A DNA stretch of 64,000 nucleotides from a virus. Its lineage: Duplodnaviria > Caudoviricetes. Positions 9,358 to 19,010 of the stretch are shown here, piece by piece. Where the stretch lies: positions 160,001 to 224,000 of IMG/VR virus record IMGVR_UViG_3300014204_013734. The stretch is one strand, 5' to 3'. The translations under genes and the position numbers were made by a program. Within the stretch, counting starts at the first letter, position 1. Each line of letters starts with the position of its first letter. The notes beneath the pieces were generated by a model. The model was not told the origin of the DNA and made no database searches. It saw only the letters and a list, made by a program, of their open reading frames with translations.

Positions 9358-10116
9358 ATGCCGGAATTCGCTTTTGTGCCAGGAACCTTCAGACAATTCA
9401 AGACCTTGAATCGTATCCATCTGGGTGCTATTTCCAAGGATCTTCCTGAAAACACCTTGGTGGAGTTTGACGGGACGACTCTGAAGATCGGGACGGAAAG
9501 TTATTCGTTGCCGACCTTTATTGGGGCACTTCGTAACAAGTGGGCGGTGCCGGTTAACGACAACGTGAGCCACTATGTTCCGCTTTCCTCTGGTGTTACA
9601 ATGCACAGTGCTACCAACCAGGAGAGGACCGTGGAAAGCGTGACAACTACCGTCACGGAAGATGAACTCCAGGTTGGGAGCGTGGCAGCTACGAACGCAA
9701 AGCGGACGGCTCCTGCCAACAAGTTGGTAGTGGGGAAAATCGTTGGGGAAGACGATTTGCCGGAAGTGGATTACAAGTTGCCGCCCGCCAAACCGCAATC
9801 CAGCAATTCGGATGAAATTGCTGTGGTTGAAAACGCATTGAATAACGGCAAAAAGGTCAGCGGACTCAAGGCGGTCTACCAAACGGTTGTTGAAGATCAG
9901 GATGCACAACCGGTTGCTCGGGTGATGTCTCCTGCCGTGCAAGGCATGGTTGATGCCCGCAGTGAGAGTGCCGTGGTCAAAGACCTGGATCCGATTTACG
10001 GCAAGGTATCCAAAGTACAGCATTTGGTCGATCCGCCTGTGAAAGCTGTGGCGGATCCTGACACTGCTTCCAAGAAGGGACCATCCAAGACAAAGGGTCC
10101 CCGCAAGTCCAAGTAA
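9358..10116 (+). CDS. Hypothetical protein
   Basis: GGAGG RBS; long ORF in operon orientation. Confidence 0.75.
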   Translation: MPEFAFVPGTFRQFKTLNRIHLGAISKDLPENTLVEFDGTTLKIGTESYSLPTFIGALRNKWAVPVNDNVSHYVPLSSGVTMHSATNQERTVESVTTTVTEDELQVGSVAATNAKRTAPANKLVVGKIVGEDDLPEVDYKLPPAKPQSSNSDEIAVVENALNNGKKVSGLKAVYQTVVEDQDAQPVARVMSPAVQGMVDARSESAVVKDLDPIYGKVSKVQHLVDPPVKAVADPDTASKKGPSKTKGPRKSK

Positions 10117-10177
10117 GCGTTGGTTTTCCTATTGGAACCCTCCTGTGGGCACAAAATGCTCACAGGAGGTTCCCCCA

Positions 10178-10567
10178 TTGAAACATAACGCCAGCAGTCA
10201 AGCCGCTTGGGCACTCCTTATGGAAGGGGTTACCAAAGCGAGGATTGAAGCTCACCGGATCAGGCACTTGGTTAACCGTGCTACCAGCCTTGTGGGATCC
10301 TCTTCCGAAAAAGAACACCTATACCAAGTAGCAGGCGACATTATCGTCGGGTTGCCTGATCGGTTGGAAAAGTTGGAAGTCACTCTTGACCGAACAGGGT
10401 TGGCCTTGTCGGAAATGGGTCAGGATTTCCTGAAATCGCGTCTCCCCTTTTCGGAAAAGACTTTGGTAGAAGAAGCCGTTGAACCGGCTTTTGGGAAGGG
10501 GCGTCCGATGGAATCCATGTCCGAACGCATAGCGTCGCGGTGGTTGGAGGGGGTTGATGTCGATTAA
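10178..10567 (+). CDS. Hypothetical protein (helical; C-terminal ERIASRW motif)
   Basis: AGGAGG RBS before TTG 10178; overlaps the next gene. Confidence 0.65.
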   Translation: MKHNASSQAAWALLMEGVTKARIEAHRIRHLVNRATSLVGSSSEKEHLYQVAGDIIVGLPDRLEKLEVTLDRTGLALSEMGQDFLKSRLPFSEKTLVEEAVEPAFGKGRPMESMSERIASRWLEGVDVD

Positions 10568-12071
10568 GTTGACATACAGCCAGCCGGCCAGCGAACTTCC
10601 AGGTTACAAGACGCTGGTTACGCCTGACCCTGTCCCCGGACAGGGGGAACCTGATTCTGCGCTTCCAACCCCTCCGTGGACCCGGTCAAAGCCGACCGGA
10701 CCGACCTATTACAACAAGCATGATGTGACTCCCCACAGGACTTTGAACGAACCTGGGGAAGATAGACCCGTGCCTAACCCGGAACCTAGCACCTTGGTAG
10801 TGCGCCGCCCCGAAATGCGGGCGGCGGGTGATCGGGAAGGGGCTATGAATGGTCCTGCTTATCCTCCTAGCCAACTGCGGCAGAAGGACCAAAGGGGCCA
10901 GGCCCGGATGTACCACAAAAAGTGGTACCGGTCCCATCGGGGCAAGATCAAGAACCGTGCGCTGCGGTGGTGGAAGAAGAACCACAACAAGTTCAACTAC
11001 AAGAAAGACCAACAGCGGCGCCGGAAGTGGCCCGCCAAGTTTGAACGGAAACCGGGTGGCGGCGTTAAGGAAAACAAAAACCGCACTCAAGAATGGCGGG
11101 ACAAGAATTCTGCTTTGGAAGAATGGATTGGTGATCCTGAAATCCAGTTGGTTGGAAATGGGAATCCCGTTTTTTTCGTTCAGTCTTCTACGGACCGTGA
11201 CGGTTGGGTTGTTGGGGTCAATCCCGACACAGGTGAAGTTGTAGTCTTGTTTGACCAAACGGACACTTTGGAAAACATTCCCATTGAAACCTTCTTTGAA
11301 GATGCAGATTTCCTGTCCGAAGAAGACGCCAACGTTGTGATGGCTGATCTTGATGCCGTATTCGGGTGGTCAGAAGACATGACGGAACGGGTCGCCTGCC
11401 GTTGGGCTGAAATGCTGTATGAAAAACGGCCCCCGGAGATGGACCCGGAAACCGTGTGGAATCGGGGTAGTGACAGGTCCAAATGGTGGACGCAAGGTCC
11501 GCCCGCCGAGGATATGGATGGCGGATGGGTCCCGGACAATCCAGGATCAGCTAAGGTCATCCCGGACAATCGGGATTTTGTCAACAACAAAGCGGCCGCC
11601 TTGATTGCCGACATACGGAAGGGATGTGATCCCAGCATCCTGGAAAAGGCTAAGGGTGTCCAGTTCCGTAAGATTCGGTCGGACAAACAGAATCTTGTCT
11701 GGTTGTTTAATGTAGAGGGTTCCGAAGGGAAGAGTTATCGGGTCAGGGCCAAGGTCATTCCCAAAGGGAACGTTAGGGATGTGGCGAAAGCCGACATCAT
11801 GGTGTCTTGTTCTTGTCCGTTCTGGCGTTGGCAGGGTCCGGAACACTGGGCATTGGAAAAGGGATACCTCTACGGTAAACCAAAAGGTTCAGCCGAAAAT
11901 CCTGATGTCAGGGACCCTGATGGGAAGCATTTGATGTGCAAACACGTGGCCGCCATTTTGGATCGTATTTCCGGGTGGTCGGTCCGCAATAAAGTAGCGG
12001 TTGTGTCAGTTTCCTGGCAGGATTTTATGACGGATGAAGTCGTCCGTCGGTACTGTGAAGCCTGGAGGTGA
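10557..12071 (+). CDS. Multi-domain protein with basic region and C-terminal SWIM-type Zn finger
   Basis: CSCPFWRWQG...MCKHVAA (CxC-xn-CxH); K/R/W-rich segment. Confidence 0.7.
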   Translation: MSIKLTYSQPASELPGYKTLVTPDPVPGQGEPDSALPTPPWTRSKPTGPTYYNKHDVTPHRTLNEPGEDRPVPNPEPSTLVVRRPEMRAAGDREGAMNGPAYPPSQLRQKDQRGQARMYHKKWYRSHRGKIKNRALRWWKKNHNKFNYKKDQQRRRKWPAKFERKPGGGVKENKNRTQEWRDKNSALEEWIGDPEIQLVGNGNPVFFVQSSTDRDGWVVGVNPDTGEVVVLFDQTDTLENIPIETFFEDADFLSEEDANVVMADLDAVFGWSEDMTERVACRWAEMLYEKRPPEMDPETVWNRGSDRSKWWTQGPPAEDMDGGWVPDNPGSAKVIPDNRDFVNNKAAALIADIRKGCDPSILEKAKGVQFRKIRSDKQNLVWLFNVEGSEGKSYRVRAKVIPKGNVRDVAKADIMVSCSCPFWRWQGPEHWALEKGYLYGKPKGSAENPDVRDPDGKHLMCKHVAAILDRISGWSVRNKVAVVSVSWQDFMTDEVVRRYCEAWR

Positions 12072-12074
12072 CTC

Positions 12075-12452
12075 ATGCCCGTTTACGAATACACCTGTTC
12101 AAATTGTGGTCAGAAGTTTGAAATGCAACGTCCGATTTCAGAATGGGCTGATTCCGGTGTTTGCCCGGAATGCGGGGGTGAAGGCACCAAATTGGTGTCC
12201 TCCTGCAATTTCAACCTTCCCGGAGACGGTTGGCCAAGCAAGAACAATAGGGTCAAGGGACAGATGGCAGCGAAGAATCGGCGTTTAGACAGGAAATCCA
12301 AGGATCTTCCAAAGGTGTCTTTAACTCCGAATGTGGACGGAGAAAGTACGGATTCGTGGTCGGACGCAAGGAAGCTTGCCAAAAGCAAGGGGAAGGTTGC
12401 TGAAACCTATACCCCCTATGTAGACAAAGAAGCACATTCAAAAAAGCGGTGA
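12075..12452 (+). CDS. FmdB-family zinc-ribbon protein
   Basis: MPVYEYTCSNCG..FE...CPECG. Confidence 0.85.
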   Translation: MPVYEYTCSNCGQKFEMQRPISEWADSGVCPECGGEGTKLVSSCNFNLPGDGWPSKNNRVKGQMAAKNRRLDRKSKDLPKVSLTPNVDGESTDSWSDARKLAKSKGKVAETYTPYVDKEAHSKKR

Positions 12453-12491
12453 TTTGAAGGGACTCGGGGTCCCAGATTGGCAGGTTGGGAT

Positions 12492-13325
12492 ATGGGCAAC
12501 TACGGACCATTTGAAGCAAGGGTTGGTATTTGGTTGCGGGCCACGAATTTTGTGGATTTGATCGTCAGGGATCAGGATGACGTGACGGAATGGCGTTTGT
12601 GGGGCGCTTCCACGTTGAATGACGCTTACGGTGATCCGACCGGAAGCGGTGTGGGTGGGGTATGGCCAACGACAATGCTCACGGCCGCTAAGGGCCGTAT
12701 GGCTACATCACCTTCTATCGTCAAGCGTGGGTACGCCGGGTTAGCTCCAGATAACCGTCAGAACTTTGCCAGTTTCGTGTATGATCCTGATGATTTCCTT
12801 GCTCCGGCAACCCCGCCTCCGTTCTTGTCGGATTCCGAGACCTTTTACGTCAGGGCGCAGATGAAACGTTTAGCTGGGGGTTGGGCGGCGGTTCCTGCCG
12901 GAGCCCCCCTGAACGCCAACAGGCCCATCATGGGACCTATTCTGGTAATCCCCACGGTTCAGGCTATGGGAATGGCCAGCCTGTCTATCAATCTGACCGG
13001 CATCGCTCCGTCAGGTACGGGCGCCGTGATCGGCAGTGCCCCGATTTTTGATGAAACATTCCAAGCCCCGATTCCTATGCACATCATCCTTCCTCGTCCT
13101 ATTTCCAATTTCGTCATCACCAATCTGTCTGATGATGCTGACACCGCCCTTCTGGTGTCGTTCGGAATTGGTCAGCCTTGGCATCCGATTTACGGAGGCA
13201 TGGGCAATCTGTCGCAACTGTCTTCCGATTCCCTTGGTGGTGGAACCAGGGACCTTATCCTGGCGACAACGGCCGCTGCCGGAGGAAGTCCCTTTGCCAT
13301 CCTGGCGGTTTGTCCCGGAGCATGA
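12492..13325 (+). CDS. Hypothetical, probably virion structural protein
   Basis: Gly/Ala/Pro-rich, beta-prone ORF next to the structural paralogs. Confidence 0.6.
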   Translation: MGNYGPFEARVGIWLRATNFVDLIVRDQDDVTEWRLWGASTLNDAYGDPTGSGVGGVWPTTMLTAAKGRMATSPSIVKRGYAGLAPDNRQNFASFVYDPDDFLAPATPPPFLSDSETFYVRAQMKRLAGGWAAVPAGAPLNANRPIMGPILVIPTVQAMGMASLSINLTGIAPSGTGAVIGSAPIFDETFQAPIPMHIILPRPISNFVITNLSDDADTALLVSFGIGQPWHPIYGGMGNLSQLSSDSLGGGTRDLILATTAAAGGSPFAILAVCPGA

Positions 13326-13473
13326 TCCTATAACGTAAATAGCGAAGGTTGTCTGGGGGTTATTGTATTCCCTTTGTAGATGGGCGGTAGTACGTGTCGC
13401 CTGTTGAAAAGAAGAGGGTAATCCCCTAGCCCTGGGGATGCTTGAATCGGACATCTGATTGAAAGGGAACACA

Positions 13474-14634
13474 ATGCCTTACATTTGCTTGGTCAGAGCT
13501 GATTTGCCGGATGGGGTTCTTCAGATACTGGACCTCCAACCCAGCGCATCCTTGCGTGTGCCTGCCTATGATCCACCGGCACAGACCCGTTACGTGAACC
13601 GTGTTCTGAACGACACGGTCCAGATCGTCGGGGGCAAGACCCCGAAGGTGTTCAATGGCCTTGGGGCGTACCTCATGGATTGCCTGGAACCGGGCGGATT
13701 GGGTTTCGGAACGGCTGACATCGACCTGTCAACCGTTGTGGCCGGGGACAAGGTGTTTATTGGGGGGGTTGCTTTCACGGCGACACTGGCCGCCCCGAAT
13801 CCGGCCCTCCAGCAGTTCTGGTCCTTTGCGGGCGGCGGGTCGGACTTGGTTTCGGCTACTTCGCTGATTGCTACTATCAACAATGCAGCATCACAAGCGC
13901 TTTTGTTGGCGGCGGGTTCTACCGTCACGGCATCGGCTGGCGGGTCGGTCGGATCAGGTGACGTTACGGTCGATGCCGATACGGCAGGGCAGACGGGTGC
14001 TTTGACTTTGACGGAAAACACCGGCGGCACGACCATCGTGGTTTCTGCCGACCATCTGACCCGTCCCTTTGAGGTGTTCACCTTCGCACAACTGAATCTG
14101 ATTTCTGCTGCCCTGATTGCCAGGATGGATGCCAGTGCAGTGTTGACGTCTACGGCGGTCAATGCCGCCATCAATGCTATCCCTGGCGTCTCTGATACGT
14201 CGATTTCCAGTCCGGCTTCCGGGGTTACCCTGACTGATTTCCTGTCCATCCTGTCGGGTCGTGGTTATCGGGTCCCGGTCAATTCAACCATCTACACGGG
14301 GACGGCATGGCATATGACTCCGGTAGGTGGCTTCACGATCATCGGCCTCAAGAATGACACCGTGATGACTCAAGGCGAGTTGCATCCCGTGCTTATCGGT
14401 GGCGACCCTCATCCGATGGAAGTCAAAGGAATCACACAGACGTATCACACGTCTTCCTTGGATATTTCCATGCTTGAAGGAACCCTTTACCGGTTGAATG
14501 CCGGCGTGACTCTCTGGCCAAGCAGCGGGGGTATTCCGCACCTTCCCTGGACTTACCAACATGGTTTGCAGTTCAACCCGACTACGGCCCGTGTCGTCAC
14601 GGTTTACGACGACAACGGCACGTTGCTTCTGTAA
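13474..14634 (+). CDS. Putative virion structural protein, paralog 1 of 3
   Basis: N-term LQILDLQPSAS..QTRY; C-term VVTVYDDNGTLLL. Confidence 0.75.
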   Translation: MPYICLVRADLPDGVLQILDLQPSASLRVPAYDPPAQTRYVNRVLNDTVQIVGGKTPKVFNGLGAYLMDCLEPGGLGFGTADIDLSTVVAGDKVFIGGVAFTATLAAPNPALQQFWSFAGGGSDLVSATSLIATINNAASQALLLAAGSTVTASAGGSVGSGDVTVDADTAGQTGALTLTENTGGTTIVVSADHLTRPFEVFTFAQLNLISAALIARMDASAVLTSTAVNAAINAIPGVSDTSISSPASGVTLTDFLSILSGRGYRVPVNSTIYTGTAWHMTPVGGFTIIGLKNDTVMTQGELHPVLIGGDPHPMEVKGITQTYHTSSLDISMLEGTLYRLNAGVTLWPSSGGIPHLPWTYQHGLQFNPTTARVVTVYDDNGTLLL

Positions 14635-14652
14635 CAAGAAAGGAACCCGAAC

Positions 14653-15450
14653 ATGGCAGCTCGCGTTTACATCGTCCTGGCCCGGAATGATGTTTCTGAC
14701 AATCTCCTTCAGGTCCTGGACCTGAAACCCAATTCCTCGCAGCGGGTTCCGGCGCTGGAAGGGGAAGGGCAAACGGGATATCTCACTTGGGATCCTCAGA
14801 ATGATACCGTGGCAACAACCGGTGGGGCTGGGGGCATCCGTACGACCAACGCCATCTACAAGGGTCTTGCCGCTTACGTCATCGACAACGTGGAAAACGT
14901 TCAGGGGGGCAACTTGGCGTCCACGGCCGCACAGGCAAACACCATTGCCGCAGCGATTCTGACCAGGATCACGAACGGTACGTCCCTTACCTTGGCGGCT
15001 ATCAACACCATCATCAACGCGGCGTTCGGCGGGGCTGCCAATTCCGACTTGAACGGTGCCGTTGCAGGGTCTTTCTCGACCGGGACTGTTGAAGAAGTTC
15101 TCCGCATTGCCGGTGGTGAAGTCTACAGTTTGCCGGCTGCGTCCCAGGTCGGTAACGCCGGCAACGCATTCCCTGGCCATGGTGTAGCACACGTTCGTAA
15201 GGGTGCATACCTTGCGTCTACTGCTACCGGGTATCGCAACGTCCGTCAGTTCGTTTGGACTGGGGAACTGAACCTGTCCTGCTTGTCCGGCACTTTGAGC
15301 AAGCTCAAGGCGGCTACGTGGCAGTGGATCAACCCCCTCTTCACTTATGGCGCAGCCGGGACGGCCTTGACCGCATCCGGGACGCACATTCTCGCCACAG
15401 GCCTCGCAGCGGCAGTTGTCGTCTACGAAGCCGACGGCGACGTCCTGTAA
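14653..15450 (+). CDS. Putative virion structural protein, paralog 2 of 3
   Basis: N-term LQVLDLKPNSS..GQTGY; C-term VVVYEADGDVL. Confidence 0.75.
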   Translation: MAARVYIVLARNDVSDNLLQVLDLKPNSSQRVPALEGEGQTGYLTWDPQNDTVATTGGAGGIRTTNAIYKGLAAYVIDNVENVQGGNLASTAAQANTIAAAILTRITNGTSLTLAAINTIINAAFGGAANSDLNGAVAGSFSTGTVEEVLRIAGGEVYSLPAASQVGNAGNAFPGHGVAHVRKGAYLASTATGYRNVRQFVWTGELNLSCLSGTLSKLKAATWQWINPLFTYGAAGTALTASGTHILATGLAAAVVVYEADGDVL

Positions 15451-15462
15451 GGAGGAACACAC

Positions 15463-16416
15463 ATGGCGCAAAGAACTTACATCATCCCCCGGAGGTTGGA
15501 TGTCCGTGACATGAATCTCCAAGTGCTGGACCTCAAACCCAATACGTCTCTGAAGAACAGTGTCCTTGACGGTAATGGACAGACGTTCTACATCGACAGC
15601 ATGGATTGGTTCGGGGCGACGACTGACCAGAACGATTCCTTCAAAAGCGGGAGCCGGAACACTGACTTCGCTACGGCGTCCAACTATGACTGCACGGCAC
15701 AGGACACTACCGGTGGCGGAAACGACTGTTTCGCTACGGCTCGGGCGTCCTTTGGTCTTGCCGCATACCTGCGGGAAATGGTGCAGCCGGGAGGCATCAT
15801 TCTGGCAACGGCAGGACGTATGACTCCGGCTAATGCTATCCTTCAGGCTCGGGCACTTGCCGCCTTGGTAGAATCAGGCGGAAACCTTACGGCAGCAGGT
15901 ATCAATACGGTCCTGTGCAATGTCGGCGTCGGAGGTACGGCAAATACGGACCTTACCGGGGCGGCCGGTTTCTCCAGGTCCCACGGTACCGTGGATGACA
16001 TTCTCCGCATCATGTCAGGAGAAACCTGGGTGTGCCCGAGGTATGTGATCGTCGCCAATGCGGCTAACCAGTTCCTTACGGCGGCTTCCAGAGCTACCCT
16101 CGTGACAGCGCAGAAGCCCTGGGTTACCGGCAAGACCTTCGTGGCTTCCGGTCACTGGGCAACGACTACGGAACCCGGTCACAAGGAAATTCCGATGTTG
16201 GCGTACGGCGGGGCGGTAAACGCTTCCTATCACGCCGGCTACCTGTTCAAACTTGCGGCCAACGTCACCTTCCTCAACCCGAATAAGGCGTACACTGCCG
16301 GTGATGTCAGCCAAGAACGCCCCAGGGCCGTGAGAATGAGCGGCGCTGCCATTGCAGCTACCGGAACGGCTCCTGTCGTTCGTGTCTACGACTACGACGG
16401 CACTTGCCTGCTGTAA
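15463..16416 (+). CDS. Putative virion structural protein, paralog 3 of 3
   Basis: AAGGAGG RBS; N-term LQVLDLKPNTS..GQTFY; C-term VVRVYDYDGTCLL. Confidence 0.75.
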   Translation: MAQRTYIIPRRLDVRDMNLQVLDLKPNTSLKNSVLDGNGQTFYIDSMDWFGATTDQNDSFKSGSRNTDFATASNYDCTAQDTTGGGNDCFATARASFGLAAYLREMVQPGGIILATAGRMTPANAILQARALAALVESGGNLTAAGINTVLCNVGVGGTANTDLTGAAGFSRSHGTVDDILRIMSGETWVCPRYVIVANAANQFLTAASRATLVTAQKPWVTGKTFVASGHWATTTEPGHKEIPMLAYGGAVNASYHAGYLFKLAANVTFLNPNKAYTAGDVSQERPRAVRMSGAAIAATGTAPVVRVYDYDGTCLL

Positions 16417-16436
16417 GACATCAGTTTGTTCGCTGA

Positions 16437-16472
16437 GAAACGGGGTTCCTTACGAGGAGCCCCGTTTTTTTT
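16437..16472 (+). terminator. Rho-independent terminator
   Basis: aaacggggttcct-tacg-aggagccccgtttttttt. Confidence 0.9.
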
Positions 16473-16553
16473 CCTTTGGTTAGTATCTTAATGGGGGTTA
16501 CCTCCCACCGCCAAACGGCGGAACGACATATTTATGGATCAAGGAGCCAAATC

Positions 16554-16802
16554 ATGGAAAATGTTCAGCCCAACCTGTTCCGTACGTCCGACCTGTATTT
16601 CGCCGCTTACCTGAAAGTAGCCGGTGTCAAATTTCTTGAAACCGTCAAGGAAGGGGATCGGGTAGTATTTGTGTTTGAAGAAGGTGGCGTATTGCGGGAT
16701 CTGAAGAACGCTTATTTCAACCGGTCAGCTAAGGTGTTTGCCATGAGCTATGCCGATGAAATCAAGGCCATGAAGGCTCTGACCCATATGGCAGGTCGGT
16801 AA
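16554..16802 (+). CDS. Small DUF5659-like protein
   Basis: AAGGAG RBS; FRTSDLYFAAYL..VVFVFE pattern. Confidence 0.6.
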   Translation: MENVQPNLFRTSDLYFAAYLKVAGVKFLETVKEGDRVVFVFEEGGVLRDLKNAYFNRSAKVFAMSYADEIKAMKALTHMAGR

Positions 16803-17092
16803 TGTTTCCTTCCTGGCAAGCATTACTGGTAGCCTATGCCATCTGTTTCGGTATCCGGCAGAAATGCCGATTCTTAGACGGATTGCATCCGGTCCTTGAC
16901 AACTTTCTTGAATGCCCATACTGCGTCGGATTCCATTCCGGATGGATGGTTTGGGCACTCGTGTGGGTAGCCGAAGGTAACCCCCCGGGAGGATTCGTGG
17001 GAGCCCCCCTTTGGGCCTTAGCATCGGCAGCGTTTTGTTTGCTTTTGGAATATTTGGCAGATTGGCTTGAAAACGGGGTGCTGAATGCCTGA
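16802..17092 (+). CDS. Small membrane protein, DUF1360-like
   Basis: FLECPYCVGFHSGW and hydrophobic helices. Confidence 0.6.
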   Translation: MFPSWQALLVAYAICFGIRQKCRFLDGLHPVLDNFLECPYCVGFHSGWMVWALVWVAEGNPPGGFVGAPLWALASAAFCLLLEYLADWLENGVLNA

Positions 17093-17366
17093 CAGGAATC
17101 TGGATTGTCGGATTGACGTTCCGGATGCGTTTGATTCCGTTCCTTTAGTCAATGCCTTTAGGGCTGTTCAGGATGGAAGTGGGGATTGGATGCTTGACTT
17201 CCTTATCCTTTCAGACAAAGCTTGCAAGGCATCTGTCATGGCCCGGGTGCGGGTAGGACCCGAATTCATGGCCGCAATCCGGGACCGGTTGGCGTCTACC
17301 CTGCGTTATGTCGGGGATGATGTCCTGATGCTTCCGGCCGGGTCTGGAAGCACGGAGGTAAATTGA
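17085..17366 (+). CDS. DUF3467-like protein, paralog of 9046-9270
   Basis: LVNAFRAV..DWMLDFL..ASVMARVRV. Confidence 0.55.
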   Translation: MPDRNLDCRIDVPDAFDSVPLVNAFRAVQDGSGDWMLDFLILSDKACKASVMARVRVGPEFMAAIRDRLASTLRYVGDDVLMLPAGSGSTEVN

Positions 17367-17367
17367 A

Positions 17368-17868
17368 ATGGCTGCAACTTTTACGCCTGGCGAAACGCTA
17401 GTTCGTGGGGATTTATCAATTTTCTTAGTAGATTCTAATACCAATGCAACGGACGCGGCGGAAATCACGTTTGCCCTTTATTGGGTTGATCCAGGTCCCC
17501 CCGAAACGGAAGTCCTGATCGGGTCGGCCACCAGGATACCGGCCCATCCAGCCGTTGGGGAATATTACGCTTCCCTGATGATCCCTCCTGCAGCGACGCC
17601 AGGAAATTACCGTATTCGCTGGACCTTCAGGGAATTCATATCATCCCCACAACAACAGGTAGTCCAGCAATTTCAGGTTGTTCTGCCTAGTTCCCCTCTT
17701 GTTAATTTGCAGTATTCCGTGGCCAAACAGGACATGATCAACAAGTTGCGGGTTCTCCTTCGGGACAACTGTGTAGGAGGGGAAGCAACGGTAGAAGTGG
17801 ACGCCGAGGGGGAACGACTGGTTGTGTCCATGGAAGACCTGTGGGAGGCATTGAAGGATGAAGGTTGA
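17368..17868 (+). CDS. N-terminal half of a putative neck/head-tail adaptor protein fused to split-intein N fragment
   Basis: Extein ends ...LRVLLRDN, followed by CVGGEATVEV (intein block A) and a stop 32 aa later. Confidence 0.8.
   Translation: MAATFTPGETLVRGDLSIFLVDSNTNATDAAEITFALYWVDPGPPETEVLIGSATRIPAHPAVGEYYASLMIPPAATPGNYRIRWTFREFISSPQQQVVQQFQVVLPSSPLVNLQYSVAKQDMINKLRVLLRDNCVGGEATVEVDAEGERLVVSMEDLWEALKDEG
17770..17865 (+). mobile_element. Split intein N fragment (32 aa)
   Basis: CVGGEATVEVDAEGERLVVSMEDLWEALKDEG: Cys1, block-A pattern, then the 'SMEDL' helix. Confidence 0.75.
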
Positions 17869-18624
17869 TCGGCCACATCCCAAACTGATCCCTTTGTTGG
17901 AAAAGAACGCCCTTTCTTGGGAACAGTTTTCCAAAAGGGGGCGTTTGCCCGCCGATTTGCAGTGGGTCGTCAACAAACGTTCTTCCATCATCACCGAAGT
18001 GCATGCGGCTGGAACCCCGTGGAAGGAAATCATTGAAATCACGGGTTTGTCCTTGGGTTCCATTGAACGGTTGACAAAGGCCATGTGGAATTCTGAATCC
18101 AGGAAGAATGCTTCGGCAATGGGGGTGAAAACAGGAAAGGCGTGGAAAGGGAAGAAACGCCCAGGCCAGTTGGAACGACAATGGGCGGCAGGGAATTTTG
18201 ATGCTCCTTCTACCAGGGCAAAATATTCCATGGCCGCAATCCAGAACATCCTGAATCATCCGAAATGGGGATATCCGCAGGGGATTAGGGAAGTCGTCAA
18301 TACCTTGAAAGGCAAAACAGCCGAAGTCCGTGTTAGGTCTTCCTATGAAAAGAAGGCAATTGAAATCTTGGACAATGCCCTTGGGTAGCTTCTTATGAAT
18401 ATGAACGGTTGATCCGGTTGCAAAACGGCAAAAGAATACTTCCCGATTTTGTGGTGAATAAAACGGAGGGGTCGTGTCTATTGGTTGAAGTGAAGGCATC
18501 TTATGTTTTGAAAAAAGCTGCAAGATTCATCTCGCAAATAGAACGGTTGGAAGTTGCAAAGAAGGAAGCTGAAGCACGGGGTTGGGCCTTCACCGTTTGG
18601 ACGGAAAAGGAATTGTGGTCATGA
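17858..18624 (+). pseudogene. Free-standing TnsA-like PD-(D/E)XK endonuclease broken by a 1-nt frameshift near 18385
   Basis: ORF 17858-18388 ends RSSYEKKAIEILDNALG*. The -1 frame continues VASYEYE..ILPDFVV..LLVEVKAS..WTEKEL. Confidence 0.75.
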
Positions 18625-19010
18625 TCACCGACGCCCAAAAAAATAAGCTGCGGACGGCATTCAAGAAAAATGAACTCCGAATCCGATCCGTATCCCCCGA
18701 AGGAACCGTGGTCTGGAAACGCGTCCTTCAGGTGTTCAGGAATGAAGTCCCTTGGGAACGTATCGTTTCTATCACAACCCCTTACGGAAGCATCCCCTTC
18801 ACAGGGGGTCACAAACTGTACACCACCCCCACAGTGAAGAAAAAAGCCGAAGATTTCCGCCCGGGAGATCATGTGGTGGCGGTAGTAGATGACAAAATTC
18901 TGTATGTCCCTGTTACGGAAATCAAGGAACTTCCCCCCAGGCAGTTCATGTATGACCTGACCGCCGACACTTGGGCAAATTTCTCTTGTTGCGGTGTTTT
19001 AGTTAAAAAT
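18621..19010 (+). mobile_element. Split intein C fragment (130 aa)
   Basis: Block B TxxH, block F YDL, terminal Lys-Asn followed by Ser+1; no block A at its start. Confidence 0.8.

Noticed and set aside
13418-13440. gtaatcccc-tagccct-ggggatg hairpin resembling a solitary I-E repeat
   Set aside because: Wrong stem-loop spacing and no AACCG-like handle; more likely an ordinary leader hairpin
18386-18388. TAG read-through or alternative genetic code in the endonuclease
   Set aside because: The continuation is in a different frame, and long genes elsewhere are intact under the standard code
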